Assembly (NCBI GenBank): GCA_963789265.1
Contig: CAWBKB010000001.1
Location: 1,280,001-1,344,000 of the forward strand
DNA length: 64,000 bases
Reading direction: 5' to 3'
Source: an uncultured delta proteobacterium
Lineage (GTDB): Bacteria; Desulfobacterota; Desulfomonilia; Desulfomonilales; Desulfomonilaceae
The notes beneath the pieces were generated by a model. It saw only the letters and a list, made by a program, of their open reading frames with translations, was not told the DNA's origin and did no database searches. The translations under genes and the position numbers were made by a program. Numbering within the stretch: the stretch's first letter is position 1; each line of letters starts with the position of its first letter. Positions 10,348-20,789 of this stretch are shown piece by piece.

Positions 10348-11460
10348 CTATTCTCCTGTAGCCGCGGCGACCATTGCCCGAACATTATCCAATTTGGCAT
10401 TGACCGGAATATCGCAGCCCGAATGTAAGATGAATCCCTCGGGTCCCAATGTTTCGATGAGTTTGGTGCAATATTCGTGGACGGCATCCGGTGAACCCAT
10501 GCTCAGCATAGTGGCCGGCACATCGCCCATCAGACACATATGATCTCCGAGCAGTTCCTTAGCCTTGAAAAGGTCTGTTTGACCGTCTGTCGCCATGATG
10601 CATTTTCCTTTGGGCAGCTCTCTGAAGCGGGCCAGATCGCGGGTCCAATTGGCATCCAGATGTAAAATGGCCACCAGTCCGCGGTCGATGACATCATTGA
10701 CCATCTTGCTATAGTATGGCCAAACAAAACGGTCCCACAGTTTGGGCGACAGCATCTGGCTGGCCGATCGCCAGCCGCCCAACCATATACCCGTGTAACC
10801 GCCATTCACGCTAATGTCCAGAAACGGGCCGTACACATGGGGTGCAATCAAATCCATGACCGCTTGAACTTTGTCAGGGATTGTAAACAGGTCGTGGATG
10901 AATTTGGTCATGGAGCGTCCGCCGCAGAGCATTTCAAAGGGTGAAGACAGGGGAACACCGGCAGTGAGCACTGGAATCCCCAGGGGATCACAGACCGTTT
11001 TTGCATCAAAGGGTGGTTGGTTGAAAGGCAAAAGCTCTGGAGCCACGTCGTTGAAGACACGGTTGTGCATATAATCTTCATAAAACTCAGGCCAGCCTTT
11101 GTCCAAGATCGTGTCATAGTCTTCGATCTTCATCAATTCCGATTCAGCCACCTGATAGGGCACGTCATGGTCCAGTTCCTTGCCGGGAATTTTGACCTTC
11201 GAAAGCCACAATTGGCTCAACCCGTAGGTGGCAAACCCCAGGTAGTCGGTGCCGTCGGCATCGCCGCACAGCTCATAGGTCTTGATCATCGCTTCGGCCG
11301 AATTGACGACGGATGCACAGAAATCTCCGAATGGCATTCCCACCGTTTTGGCGGCAAACAGTGCGTAAAGCAGAACCACAGGAGTTCGGTCAGGCTTCTC
11401 CAGTGCAATAGCTTTTCGGATGCGAGCCATTCTCTCCTTCAGAAGGTCAGCTTTGTTCAT
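10348..11460 (-). CDS. UroD/MtaA-family methyltransferase (candidate O-demethylase MT1)
   Basis: R..KAIALEKPDRTPV, LSPKLWDRFVWPY, ILHLDAN, CLMGDVP, GFILHSGCDIP; start overlaps the corrinoid gene stop. Confidence 0.85.
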   Translation of the reverse strand: MNKADLLKERMARIRKAIALEKPDRTPVVLLYALFAAKTVGMPFGDFCASVVNSAEAMIKTYELCGDADGTDYLGFATYGLSQLWLSKVKIPGKELDHDVPYQVAESELMKIEDYDTILDKGWPEFYEDYMHNRVFNDVAPELLPFNQPPFDAKTVCDPLGIPVLTAGVPLSSPFEMLCGGRSMTKFIHDLFTIPDKVQAVMDLIAPHVYGPFLDISVNGGYTGIWLGGWRSASQMLSPKLWDRFVWPYYSKMVNDVIDRGLVAILHLDANWTRDLARFRELPKGKCIMATDGQTDLFKAKELLGDHMCLMGDVPATMLSMGSPDAVHEYCTKLIETLGPEGFILHSGCDIPVNAKLDNVRAMVAAATGE

Positions 11461-12110
11461 GTCGATCCTCCAGCCAATTTCTGAGCTGTGATCACGGCCG
11501 AGTTGGCATCCGGGCAAAAAGCGTCCGCTCCTACATACTTGCAGGCATCCGCTGTGATGGCGGCACCTCCGATCATGATGGACAAGTCTGTACGCAATCC
11601 CGCGTTTTGTATGGCATCCACGGTCCCCTTGAGGCTTTCGAATGCCGAGGTCAGCAAACAGGATAGGCCCACCACTGAGGGGTGATGAGTCTTGATTGCC
11701 TCCATGAAAGCTTCGGCCGGCTGATCCACGCCGAGATCCACTACTTTAAATCCCTGGCAACCCAAGAGATTAGCGACAATGTCCTTGCCAATGTCGTGGA
11801 TGTCTCCTTTCACCGTGCCAATCACATACGTACCGTACTTGGAATCACTTTCATCCTCGGCACTCATGCGCTTCTTCACGCCTTCCACCGCCTGCTTGAA
11901 GATAGTCGCCGACATGATGAGCTCGGACAAAAAGTAGTTCTCCGCTTCATACTCTTCGCCGACCTGCCGCATGCCGTCCTGGAGGGCGGCAAGAATCTTT
12001 ATGGGATCGGCTCCCTGCTCGTTGAGCCGTCGCACCTCGGAAAGCACGGCGGCTTCATCCAAGTTCTTCATGAAAGTGGTAAGCTGGACCATATTGACCT
12101 CATGTCTCAT
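11457..12110 (-). CDS. Corrinoid (cobalamin-binding) methyl-carrier protein
   Basis: B12 cap domain (GMRQVGEEYE..YFLSEL) plus GTVKGDIHDIGK (DxHxxG), SCLL and GGA motifs. Confidence 0.93.
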   Translation of the reverse strand: MRHEVNMVQLTTFMKNLDEAAVLSEVRRLNEQGADPIKILAALQDGMRQVGEEYEAENYFLSELIMSATIFKQAVEGVKKRMSAEDESDSKYGTYVIGTVKGDIHDIGKDIVANLLGCQGFKVVDLGVDQPAEAFMEAIKTHHPSVVGLSCLLTSAFESLKGTVDAIQNAGLRTDLSIMIGGAAITADACKYVGADAFCPDANSAVITAQKLAGGST

Positions 12111-12140
12111 CTGATGGACCCCGGGAAAGCTTGAGCTCGC

Positions 12141-13424
12141 CTATGAAATGGGAACTAAGCTTCCTGCAGCAGGAATCTCGGGATGCTCGCGATTGTAAAC
12201 AACGGTAACCTCCCAGGGCCATTTCTTACCCTTGCGCCATTGGCCGCCGACTACCGGTGTGCGGCAGTAATTGTCTTTATTGAATTGGATATGCCCCACC
12301 ATGGTCTTCAGGTTGGTCGCAGCGATGTTCTTGCGCAAGACTTCCTTGTTCAGACTTCCGGAGCGCTTGAGTACATCCGCTGCGATTTCGTAGGCTGCGT
12401 ACTCATATCCCAAGGGTTGGGTCCAACATTTGCCCGCGCCCTTTTCATAGGCGTCGCACAACTCCTTGGCGCTGTAGCCTGTCAGGGAGGAGGAATACGG
12501 ATGATCCGGACTCCACCAAACCTCAGTGCTGATACCCTCGGCCAAGTTCCCGCCCATGGCGTCCATAGCCGACGGAAAGAGGCACGCTCTGCCAATGGTG
12601 GCCACCTTGGGTTTGTATCCCATCTGGAAGCATTGGCGCCAACAGGAGATCCAGTCGGGTGGGCTGGTATTTCCCACGATGATGTCGACATTTTCTTTGC
12701 GCCACTTGTCAATATATGCGCTATAGTCCTTGGCCCCGGGTTGGAACATTCCCTCATCGATCACAGTATACCCTTTGGGCCCCAACAGGTGCTTGAAAGT
12801 ATTGTACCAGGGAATGCCGCCCGGGTCAGAGGCGAAGAACAAGCCGACCTTTTTATTGGTGGGCACCTGCTCCCACATTCCTGTATAGATCGGTACAATA
12901 TCATCCACCACTGTCCAGAAGCTCAAAAATGCCCACTTGTGGGGGGCATTTTCGATAAAGGAATCCAGGGGAGAGTCCAGCGCAATGCACGGCATCTGAT
13001 AGCGTTCGCAAACAGATGTCACCGGGTCCACGGTGGTAGGCGCATGTAACACTACCATCAAATCTACTTTATCTCCGAGGATGAGCTTAGAGGCCATCTC
13101 GGCAGCAGTGTTGGGATCGCTCTGTGTATCCGCCACCTTGACCTTAACCGGAAGTTTTTTCCCAGCCGCTTTGATGAAGATGCCGCCGTCGCGGTTGATC
13201 TCCCCGACCACTCGTTTGGTCAGCCACATCGTGGGTTCTCCGAATGGCGCCAGGGGACCGGTCAAGGGGCTTGGCTGACCAATCAGAATATAATCGCGCT
13301 GGGCCGCCGCTGCTGTTCCGACTAATCGGGGCGACAGCATTGCAACACCGGCGGTGGCCGCACCAGCGGCTAGTTGTTTGATAAACCTTCTTCGATCGAT
13401 ACCGCTGCCTCTTTTCATCTGCAA
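12141..13424 (-). CDS. ABC substrate-binding protein (Leu/Ile/Val-binding fold) with Tat signal
   Basis: N-terminal DRRRFIK twin-arginine motif; PLTGPLAPFG and DTQSDP motifs. Confidence 0.88.
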   Translation of the reverse strand: MQMKRGSGIDRRRFIKQLAAGAATAGVAMLSPRLVGTAAAAQRDYILIGQPSPLTGPLAPFGEPTMWLTKRVVGEINRDGGIFIKAAGKKLPVKVKVADTQSDPNTAAEMASKLILGDKVDLMVVLHAPTTVDPVTSVCERYQMPCIALDSPLDSFIENAPHKWAFLSFWTVVDDIVPIYTGMWEQVPTNKKVGLFFASDPGGIPWYNTFKHLLGPKGYTVIDEGMFQPGAKDYSAYIDKWRKENVDIIVGNTSPPDWISCWRQCFQMGYKPKVATIGRACLFPSAMDAMGGNLAEGISTEVWWSPDHPYSSSLTGYSAKELCDAYEKGAGKCWTQPLGYEYAAYEIAADVLKRSGSLNKEVLRKNIAATNLKTMVGHIQFNKDNYCRTPVVGGQWRKGKKWPWEVTVVYNREHPEIPAAGSLVPIS

Positions 13425-13468
13425 CTCCTTTCGCTGCGTGTGGGGTTATGGACGGACGATCCGCCAAA

Positions 13469-14410
13469 CTACATCCTTCGGGGCGATAGAAACTCGAACC
13501 CGATTTTTTCCTGAACCGTACCCATGATACCTTTGGGCATCAGCAGCATGATCACTACGCTAACCGTGCCTAAAATTATCATGCTGATGCTTGCGTACTC
13601 CGCTAAATACTGCTGAAATAGGACGAAGATCAGCGCACCGATAATGGGCCCTTCAATGGTTCCAATGCCGCCAATGATGACGATGAAACACAGATTGACG
13701 GTCCATCCAATGTCAAACGCTTTGTAAGGTTGAATATAGACTTGGTTGAGGAATAGAACGCCGGAAGTGATTCCGGTGACGCAAGCGGCAATCAAGAAGC
13801 AAAGCAACTTAGAGCGGAAGATATTGATACCGATGCTCCGACAAACCCCTACATCGTCGCGCATGGCCATCAGACTGAGTCCCAGGCGGGAACGCAGCAG
13901 TAAATAGACCAGCGCGACCGAGCCGATGCCCATGCAGATCGCCATGTAGTAGATCTGGTTGATGGAAAGGGTATAGGCCGCCTTAATGAAAACGCCCGAA
14001 CCTTTTTTGGTAAGGTCCCAGTTGGAAAACCAGATCATCAGAGCTTCGGCCACAATCCAGGAGCCGATGGCAAAATAGACGCCGCTCATGCGAAAGATGG
14101 GCACAGAGATGATCAGGGCAAAGAGGACGCTCACCAGGCCGCCCGTTATGATGCTCAGCCAAATCGGCCAGTGGAAATTGAGGGTCATAATCGCCAAGGT
14201 GTAGCCGCCCAGGCCGATAAAGATCTGCTGACCCAATGAGATCAGTCCGGAATATCCGGCCAAAAGGTTCCACATTTGGGCAAGAGCCAAATAGAGCCCA
14301 AAGATCATAAATACGAGGACAAAGTATTGCGAACTCCAGAGGGGCAAAGTGAACAACGCTCCAAGAATCGCTAGAATCGCCACAAAACGCCAATATTGGG
14401 CCATCATCAT
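13469..14410 (-). CDS. ABC permease (LivM-like)
   Basis: WNLLAGYSGLISLGQ and IIGGIGTIEGPIIGA motifs. Confidence 0.9.
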   Translation of the reverse strand: MMMAQYWRFVAILAILGALFTLPLWSSQYFVLVFMIFGLYLALAQMWNLLAGYSGLISLGQQIFIGLGGYTLAIMTLNFHWPIWLSIITGGLVSVLFALIISVPIFRMSGVYFAIGSWIVAEALMIWFSNWDLTKKGSGVFIKAAYTLSINQIYYMAICMGIGSVALVYLLLRSRLGLSLMAMRDDVGVCRSIGINIFRSKLLCFLIAACVTGITSGVLFLNQVYIQPYKAFDIGWTVNLCFIVIIGGIGTIEGPIIGALIFVLFQQYLAEYASISMIILGTVSVVIMLLMPKGIMGTVQEKIGFEFLSPRRM

Positions 14411-14411
14411 T

Positions 14412-15284
14412 TCATGCCACCCTCTCTGCCTTGCCGAATAAGCCCTGGGGCCGAATTGTTAGCACGGTGAGCAAGATCAAATATCCGGATAGAAGCTGAT
14501 ACCCGGGTCCCAAGAAATGTGCTCCCAAGACCTGGGCCAGTCCCAGGATCACCCCGCCCACAAGAGTGCCGACCAAGGAACCCACACCGCCGATGATGAC
14601 CACGCCGAAGGCGATAATGAGATATTGGGGGCCAGTATGAGGGAAAAAGGTAAAGGTAGTCCCCACCATCACGCCCGCCACGGACGCAGTCAGCATGGAA
14701 AGGCCCATGGCGTAGGCGAAGACGCGGTGGGTGTCGACTCCCATGAATTGTGCAGCTTCAGCATCGTCGGAGGCTGCCCGAATGGCCAGACCGAGGTAGT
14801 TGTAGCGGAAAAAGAGAAGTATCCCTCCGATGACAATCAGGCCTATCACACAGCCCACGAGGTAGATGACCGGTATGCCGCAATTTTTCGAAACATAGAT
14901 GCTTTTGACCGCAAGAGAAGTCGATAGGGATCGGGCATCAGGGGAAAAGATCGTCAGCAGGGCATTCTGAAGAATAATGGACACACCAAAGGCAACGATC
15001 AGAGGAGGTTCCATGCCCTTGTCCAGCACCCGGTTGAGGATGAATATTTGCAGCAGGACTCCAACAGCAAACATTACCGGGATAACCATTACCAGGGCTA
15101 GGTAGGGGGAGATGCCAAACTCCGTTGCTAAAACCAGGGTAAGGTAGCTTGCGAGGATCATCAAGTCGCCGTGGGCCAGATTGACCAGACGCATGATACC
15201 GAAGATCATGGATAGGCCGACCCCCACGGTGGCATAGATGATGCCAAGCAGAATGCCGTTAATCAAAGGCTGAATGAGGTCCAC
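14412..15284 (-). CDS. ABC permease (LivH-like)
   Basis: GLSMIFGIMRLVNLAHGD, GLAIRAASDD, RPQGLFG. Confidence 0.9.
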   Translation of the reverse strand: MDLIQPLINGILLGIIYATVGVGLSMIFGIMRLVNLAHGDLMILASYLTLVLATEFGISPYLALVMVIPVMFAVGVLLQIFILNRVLDKGMEPPLIVAFGVSIILQNALLTIFSPDARSLSTSLAVKSIYVSKNCGIPVIYLVGCVIGLIVIGGILLFFRYNYLGLAIRAASDDAEAAQFMGVDTHRVFAYAMGLSMLTASVAGVMVGTTFTFFPHTGPQYLIIAFGVVIIGGVGSLVGTLVGGVILGLAQVLGAHFLGPGYQLLSGYLILLTVLTIRPQGLFGKAERVA

Positions 15285-15302
15285 GTAACACCTCGCGTCA
15301 AA

Positions 15303-16019
15303 TTAAAGACCAAAATAGGCTTTCTTAACAGCCTCTTCGGTCAAATTCTTCGGATCGCCCTGCAAAGCAACCTTGCCTTCCTGCATGACAAAGGCCCAAT
15401 CCGCTGCCTTCAAGCTTCTCTGGATATCCTGCTCAACCAGAATCAGAGTGACGCCCTCGCCGTTGATCTCCTTGAGTTTGCTGTAGATATTATTAATGAT
15501 CACCGGAGCCAAGCCGAGGGAAATCTCATCGAATAGGATCAGACGGGGCTCGGACATCAAGGCGCGTCCTATGGCAAGCATCTGCTGTTCCCCACCGCTC
15601 AAGTTTGTTCCCAATTGATTAATTCGTTCCATCAGGCGAGGAAACAACTGGCACACCTTTTCAAGATTCTGCTTTCGATTTTTACGGGCCCTCATCGCAT
15701 AGGCCCCAATCAGCAGGTTTTCCCGCACGGTCAGGCGCTGAAAGATGCGGCGCCCTTCCGGTACCAGGGCCAGGCCGTTTGCCAAAGTCTGGTACGGGGT
15801 CAAAGAGGTGATCATCTCTCCTCGGAAAACCACCTGGCCACGGCTGGGTTGCAAAGCGCCCGCGATAGTTTTCAGCAGGGTCGATTTGCCGGCGCCGTTG
15901 GCGCCGATGATTGAAACCGTGCTGCCCGCGGCGACATTCAGAGAGACATCCCAAATGGCTTGAAATTCACCGTAGTGTACATCCAACTGATGGACGCTCA
16001 GGACAGATTCCGATCCCAT
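15303..16019 (-). CDS. ABC ATPase (LivF-like)
   Basis: GANGAGKST, VPEGRRIF, LSGGEQQM. Confidence 0.92.
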   Translation of the reverse strand: MGSESVLSVHQLDVHYGEFQAIWDVSLNVAAGSTVSIIGANGAGKSTLLKTIAGALQPSRGQVVFRGEMITSLTPYQTLANGLALVPEGRRIFQRLTVRENLLIGAYAMRARKNRKQNLEKVCQLFPRLMERINQLGTNLSGGEQQMLAIGRALMSEPRLILFDEISLGLAPVIINNIYSKLKEINGEGVTLILVEQDIQRSLKAADWAFVMQEGKVALQGDPKNLTEEAVKKAYFGL

Positions 16020-16741
16020 CAGCCCTCCTGAATTCCTAGGTAGCACTGTAATACTTCTTTGGCGTTCATGACCTCCTGGGGACCCCCGCAGATAAGCATT
16101 CCACCTTGATCCAGGGCCAGGATTCGATCCACTCCACTCATCATCATGAGAATGTGTTCAATCCACACCACAGTCACCCCGTTGTCTCGAATCTGATGGA
16201 CGATTTCGAGGACTTGTCGTGATTCCGCTTCAGTCAACCCGGCGGCAACCTCGTCCAGAAGCAGTAAAGAGGGCTTCGTGGCCATTGCACGGGCCAGTTC
16301 CAGACGCTTACGATCCAACAATCGCAAGGTCCTGGCAAAATGGTGACGACAGTTGCTAAGGCCGGTAAAGACCAAGATTTGGTCCGCTTCGATGCGGGCC
16401 CTTTTTTCGGTAAGACCGCCCCCGTGTGTCGCGGCCACCAACAAATTTTCCAGAACGGTCATATTGCCGAAGGGCCGCGGAATCTGGTAGGTTCGGCCAA
16501 TACCCTTCCTGGAACGCTGGTCAGCCGAACTCTTCGTGATATCGCTACCTTCAAAATAGATTTTGCCTCGGTCCGGTGGATAGACACCGGTTAAGACATT
16601 GAAAAGGGTGGTCTTGCCCGAACCATTAGGCCCCAGTATGCCCAGAATCTCCCCCTGCCTTACGTCCATCGTGAGACCGGTGAGTGCTTGAACCTTTCCG
16701 AAGGCCTTTGCCAGGTTTTCCGTTTTCAGTAGCTCCGTCAT
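16019..16741 (-). CDS. ABC ATPase (LivG-like)
   Basis: GPNGSGKTT, RTYQIPRPF, LLLDEVAAG. Confidence 0.92.
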   Translation of the reverse strand: MTELLKTENLAKAFGKVQALTGLTMDVRQGEILGILGPNGSGKTTLFNVLTGVYPPDRGKIYFEGSDITKSSADQRSRKGIGRTYQIPRPFGNMTVLENLLVAATHGGGLTEKRARIEADQILVFTGLSNCRHHFARTLRLLDRKRLELARAMATKPSLLLLDEVAAGLTEAESRQVLEIVHQIRDNGVTVVWIEHILMMMSGVDRILALDQGGMLICGGPQEVMNAKEVLQCYLGIQEG

Positions 16742-18886
16742 TGCCTATTCTCGCTGTCAGCGCTCGATGCCCTGTAAATCTTACACAATACACCCCTGAG
16801 GGGCTCTGCTCCGATATCCGGGTCATAGTCCATGTCCCCGTAGAGCACGTTAAGATTTGATCTTTGCCATCCGTAATCCGGCGGTCCTTCCTCCGGGAAC
16901 CACCAGCCGGGCTGGGCACCGATAACGTCTCTGCGAATGTCCCGGGTCAGCTTGGCACGTTGAGTCATTCTCCCCTCGGATGTTTCGATCCAAATCCAAT
17001 CATCGTCTGAGATCCCGTAGTGCCCTGCTGTGTCAGGATGCAGGTACACCACCGGGTCCGGGTGGCGGCGACGCAAGCGTTGGATCTGACGCCCCTCACT
17101 GAGGAAAAATTCTTGAATGCGACCCGAAGCTGTTAATATCAATGGATACTGTGCAAGAAGTTTCGGTGTTGACAGGGGACTGATCGCCGGTTCCCTGTAG
17201 ATCGGCAAAGGTTCCACATTAATGGTTTTCAAAGCTTCCGAATAAAACTCGAATTTTCCCGAAGGAGTGGCAAAACCGTATTCCCGATATTTGTAGTAAC
17301 GTTGCTCCGCCTGGACTATACCTTTGCGGCAGAATTCTTCGAAATCCATTCCGCTGGGCGCTAGGACCCAGTTGAGGTAGTCCCGGTAATCTCTCCAGGG
17401 AAATGCGTCGGCAAGTCCCAGACGCTGGGCCATTTCAAGCAGCACCGAACGGTCGGCACGGGTTTCTCCTATCTGGGCCAGCTTGGGCCGTGCCAGGATG
17501 CACCAGATTTTATGCAGGCAGGCCACATCTTCGGTTTCGAGCCAAGAGGCTGCGGGCAGTACCAGATCTGCCATTTGAGCGGTGGGAGTCATAAAAAGAT
17601 CCGACACCACGACAAACTTCAGTAGACCCAAAGCTTTCTTGACTTCATGGACATGAGTGGCGGTGATCATCGGATTGGAGCCTACGATCCATAGAGCCTC
17701 CATCCGGTAAGGCCGGGCCGAAATGATGGACTGCCAAAAAGAGGGTTCCTGTATTCCAGGATTCAAGGGGAATCGGTCGGCATCGATACTACGCTCCCTT
17801 TTTTGCGGTGGAAGAAAGGCAGCACCTGACAGCGAGGGTTCGTGCCACGGTGATTTTCGAAACACCGGTGCCGGCGCTATCCACAGGGCGTCCCCGCCGG
17901 GGCGGTCAATATTGCCTGTCAGGGCGCTCAGAGTCAGAATGGCCCGTGCGGTCTGAAAACTGCCAGCGGTTCATATCCAGCGCATGGCCCCACTGGATGC
18001 AGGCTGGTCGAGTACTGGCATAAGTTCGGGTTGCCTGGCGGATCAGGTCCGTCTCAATGCCGGTTATCCTTGAGGCCCATTCGGGACTAAATTGACGCAC
18101 ATGGGCCTTCAGGGCGTCAAAGCCCAGCGTATGCTCGCGTACAAATTCATGGTCAATCAAATCTTCTTCCATCAACAAATGGATCATCGCAAGAGCCAGG
18201 GCCCCGTCCGTCCCCGGCCGGATTTGGAGAAAGTGAGTGGCCTTGCGGGCCGGGCCGTTGCGTATCGGGTCCACCACGATAACTTTTTCAGCCGTTTTAA
18301 GGGCACGCTTCACCATGCCGCCGCACATGCCGTCAGCAGCGCCGCTTTCGGTAACGTTACAGCCCCAGATCAGCACGCAGGCCGGCCGCTGCCCTCCGAA
18401 ACCGTAGACATCGGCCACAGGCAGTTGGCCGCAAGAGTAGCGAGAAGCCATCTGTCGTGCAAGGTAGCAAAAATGGAGGGGTTCGGTCATATTGGGTGTG
18501 CCGAAGGCGTTGGCGAAGCGTGCCACAAAGCCCGAATAGGCGCGCCCCGTACCCTGCATCATTCCCAGATATTCACTTTTTCCGGCCTTGCGCAAGGCGT
18601 CGAATTTTTCCGTCATCTCGGTCAAGGCTTCTTCCCACGAGATGGGGGTCCATTCGTTGGCCCCGCGCTGGCCGCGGCGACGCAGCGGGCGGGTCAGGCG
18701 GTCCGGGTGATAGAGCAAATCCACAGACGCGGCGCCCTTGGTGCACAGATATCCCCGACTGGTGGGGCTTTCGGGATCGCCGGTGATCTTGACGACCTTT
18801 TGGCCTTTCAGATGGACCTGAACCTGGCACACACCATGGCACATCCGACAGGCCGAGGTGACCGATTCTATGCTGTTTTTCATCAT
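16738..18886 (-). CDS. Bis-MGD Mo/W enzyme of the acetylene-hydratase-like clade; split by a +1 frameshift near 17956-17964
   Basis: N-terminal CRMCHGVC...C [4Fe-4S] motif, PGTDGALAL, DLFMTPTAQMADLVLPA, TPSGKFE, C-terminal molydop-binding domain; the repaired join reads FQTARAILTLSALTGNIDRPGG; ~715 aa. Confidence 0.85.
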
Positions 18887-18916
18887 CTTCTCCAACTCAA
18901 GCGGAAGAACCGCCGT

Positions 18917-19846
18917 CTAGTAGCCGACCTTGTCCAGACCTTTGAGGCCGAGGATCTTGCGGCCCTCCTCGGGTGTGGCCGGCTCGATGCCGAATTCTTT
19001 GGCGATCCGAATGATTTTTTGTACTTGCTCTGCGTTGCTTCTTGCCAGAATTCCCTTTTCCAGGTAGAGGTTGTCCTCCAAGCCCACCCGGGCGTGACCG
19101 CCCATCAAAAGCGAATGAGTGCACATGCGAAACTGTGTGCTTCCGGCGGCACAGACGGAAAATTCAAATTCCGGTATCAGCTTGCGGGCGGTTTCCAGTA
19201 AGAAAACCAGGTTTTCAGGTGTGGCCGGAATACCTCCCAGGATACCCAGGACAAACTGAAGATAAACCGGGGTCTTAACGATTCCTTTTTCGATTAGAAA
19301 GGAGAGATTGTTAAGCATGCCGGTGTCGTAGATTTCAAATTCGGGTTTCGTCCCGGTTTGTGCGAAGATCCCCAAGAATTCACGCATAGTCTTGAAGGTG
19401 TTGGGGAAGATGAAGTCCTCGGTATTGAGGAGGTATTCTTCTTCCCAGTCGTATTGATACGTCTTGATTTTGTCCGCCACCTGGAAGAGGGCAAAATTCA
19501 AGGAGCCGGCGTTTAAGGAGGCCAGCTCGGGCTTTAAGGTTGAAGCGACCCTGACGCGCCGGGAGACCGGCTCCCCCAGACGGCCGCCGGTGGTTGTACA
19601 CAGGATAATATCGCAGTGCTTTTTCACTTCGGAAGCAATGGCAAGATATAGATCCTGGTCGGCGTTGGGTAGGCCGGTTTCTTGGTCGCGGACATGCACG
19701 TGGGCTACGGTGCCGCCGGCCGAATGCACGGCCAGGATTTCGTCCGTGATTTGACGGGCAGTCACGGGCAGGTGGGGCGACATGCTGGGAGTGTGAATAG
19801 ATCCGGTAATGGCCGCGGTAATAATAGCTTTGGACATATCAATCAT
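18917..19846 (-). CDS. Beta-keto acid cleavage enzyme (BKACE/DUF849); candidate triacetate acetoacetate-lyase
   Basis: IITAAITG, AHVHVRD, PELASLN, KPEFEIYD, RVGLEDN. Confidence 0.9.
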   Translation of the reverse strand: MIDMSKAIITAAITGSIHTPSMSPHLPVTARQITDEILAVHSAGGTVAHVHVRDQETGLPNADQDLYLAIASEVKKHCDIILCTTTGGRLGEPVSRRVRVASTLKPELASLNAGSLNFALFQVADKIKTYQYDWEEEYLLNTEDFIFPNTFKTMREFLGIFAQTGTKPEFEIYDTGMLNNLSFLIEKGIVKTPVYLQFVLGILGGIPATPENLVFLLETARKLIPEFEFSVCAAGSTQFRMCTHSLLMGGHARVGLEDNLYLEKGILARSNAEQVQKIIRIAKEFGIEPATPEEGRKILGLKGLDKVGY

Positions 19847-20774
19847 CCTGTTGTCGTTTTTTTTGAGAAGCGATCAGATGGAGCAAAAGTCCTTTCCGGA
19901 CTGCCGCCATCTTCTTTTGGTCCCAACTTGAAAATCCTTTCCCGGACTTAAATCCGAAATGTCCATCATTCACGAGCTTTTGGAGATAGGGCGACGGCCG
20001 CGGAGAACTTTCAATGTGCTTGAGGACGTAATCGTGGATAGAAAGTGTCAAGTCGGTTCCCACGAGGTCTGCGTTTTCCAAAGGTCCCAGGAACGGTAAC
20101 CGCAGGCCGAAGCTGTATTTCACGCACTCGTCGACTGTGGCGGCATCGGCGATGCCGTTTTCGACGATGGAGATGGCTTCGCGCCACAGTGCGTGTTGCA
20201 TTCTGTTGGCTACAAAGCCGGGCACATCCTTCTTGACCTTAACAGGATGCTTGCCTGCCTCTGCGAGCAAGCCGAAGATTCGATCAACAGTCTCCGGCGC
20301 CGTATCGCGGCCCGGCACCACTTCAACCAAGGGAATCAAGTAGGGCGGATTCCAAAAATGAGTTCCGACGATGCGCCTTCGACATCTTGAAGGGCTTGCA
20401 ATTTCTGTAATGCTGATCACTGAAGTGTTGGATGCCAGGACTGCTTGCTCGGGGCAATACTCATCCAATTGCTTGAATAGCCGTTGCTTGAGTTTCAGAT
20501 CTTCCGGAACCGCCTCGAAGACTACGTCCGCCTTAGCAACGCCCTCGCGCAGATTCGTTGTGAAACAAATGCCATCGAGTCCCGTTTCCTTTTTTCGCGC
20601 CGATATCACACCGTTTTCGAACAGGAGTGTCAAATTGGCTTGAATCTGTTCCCGTGCGTGGTTCAGCACTTGTTCGCTAATATCCACCAAGGTGACCGGA
20701 TGCCCTTCAACGGCAAAAATCATGGCAATGCCATGTCCCATCAACCCTGCGCCGACAACGACAATTTGTTCCAT
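19839..20774 (-). CDS. 3-hydroxyacyl-CoA dehydrogenase family; candidate 3-hydroxy-5-oxohexanoate dehydrogenase
   Basis: GAGLMGHG, EAVPE, SNTS, HFWNPP, PGFVANR. Confidence 0.9.
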   Translation of the reverse strand: MEQIVVVGAGLMGHGIAMIFAVEGHPVTLVDISEQVLNHAREQIQANLTLLFENGVISARKKETGLDGICFTTNLREGVAKADVVFEAVPEDLKLKQRLFKQLDEYCPEQAVLASNTSVISITEIASPSRCRRRIVGTHFWNPPYLIPLVEVVPGRDTAPETVDRIFGLLAEAGKHPVKVKKDVPGFVANRMQHALWREAISIVENGIADAATVDECVKYSFGLRLPFLGPLENADLVGTDLTLSIHDYVLKHIESSPRPSPYLQKLVNDGHFGFKSGKGFSSWDQKKMAAVRKGLLLHLIASQKKRQQDD

Positions 20775-20789
20775 GCCAATCCTTCTCTT

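Noticed and set aside
12183..13049. Long plus-strand ORFs (also 18092-19201, 41454-42362, 56554-57735, 59761-60900)
   Set aside because: Antisense shadows of well-supported genes with no recognisable motifs
18917..20774. Carnitine or lysine fermentation reading of BKACE + dehydrogenase
   Set aside because: No BCCT/betaine transporter, MttB-family or lysine aminomutase genes; the neighbouring SDR and cyclase fit phloroglucinol better
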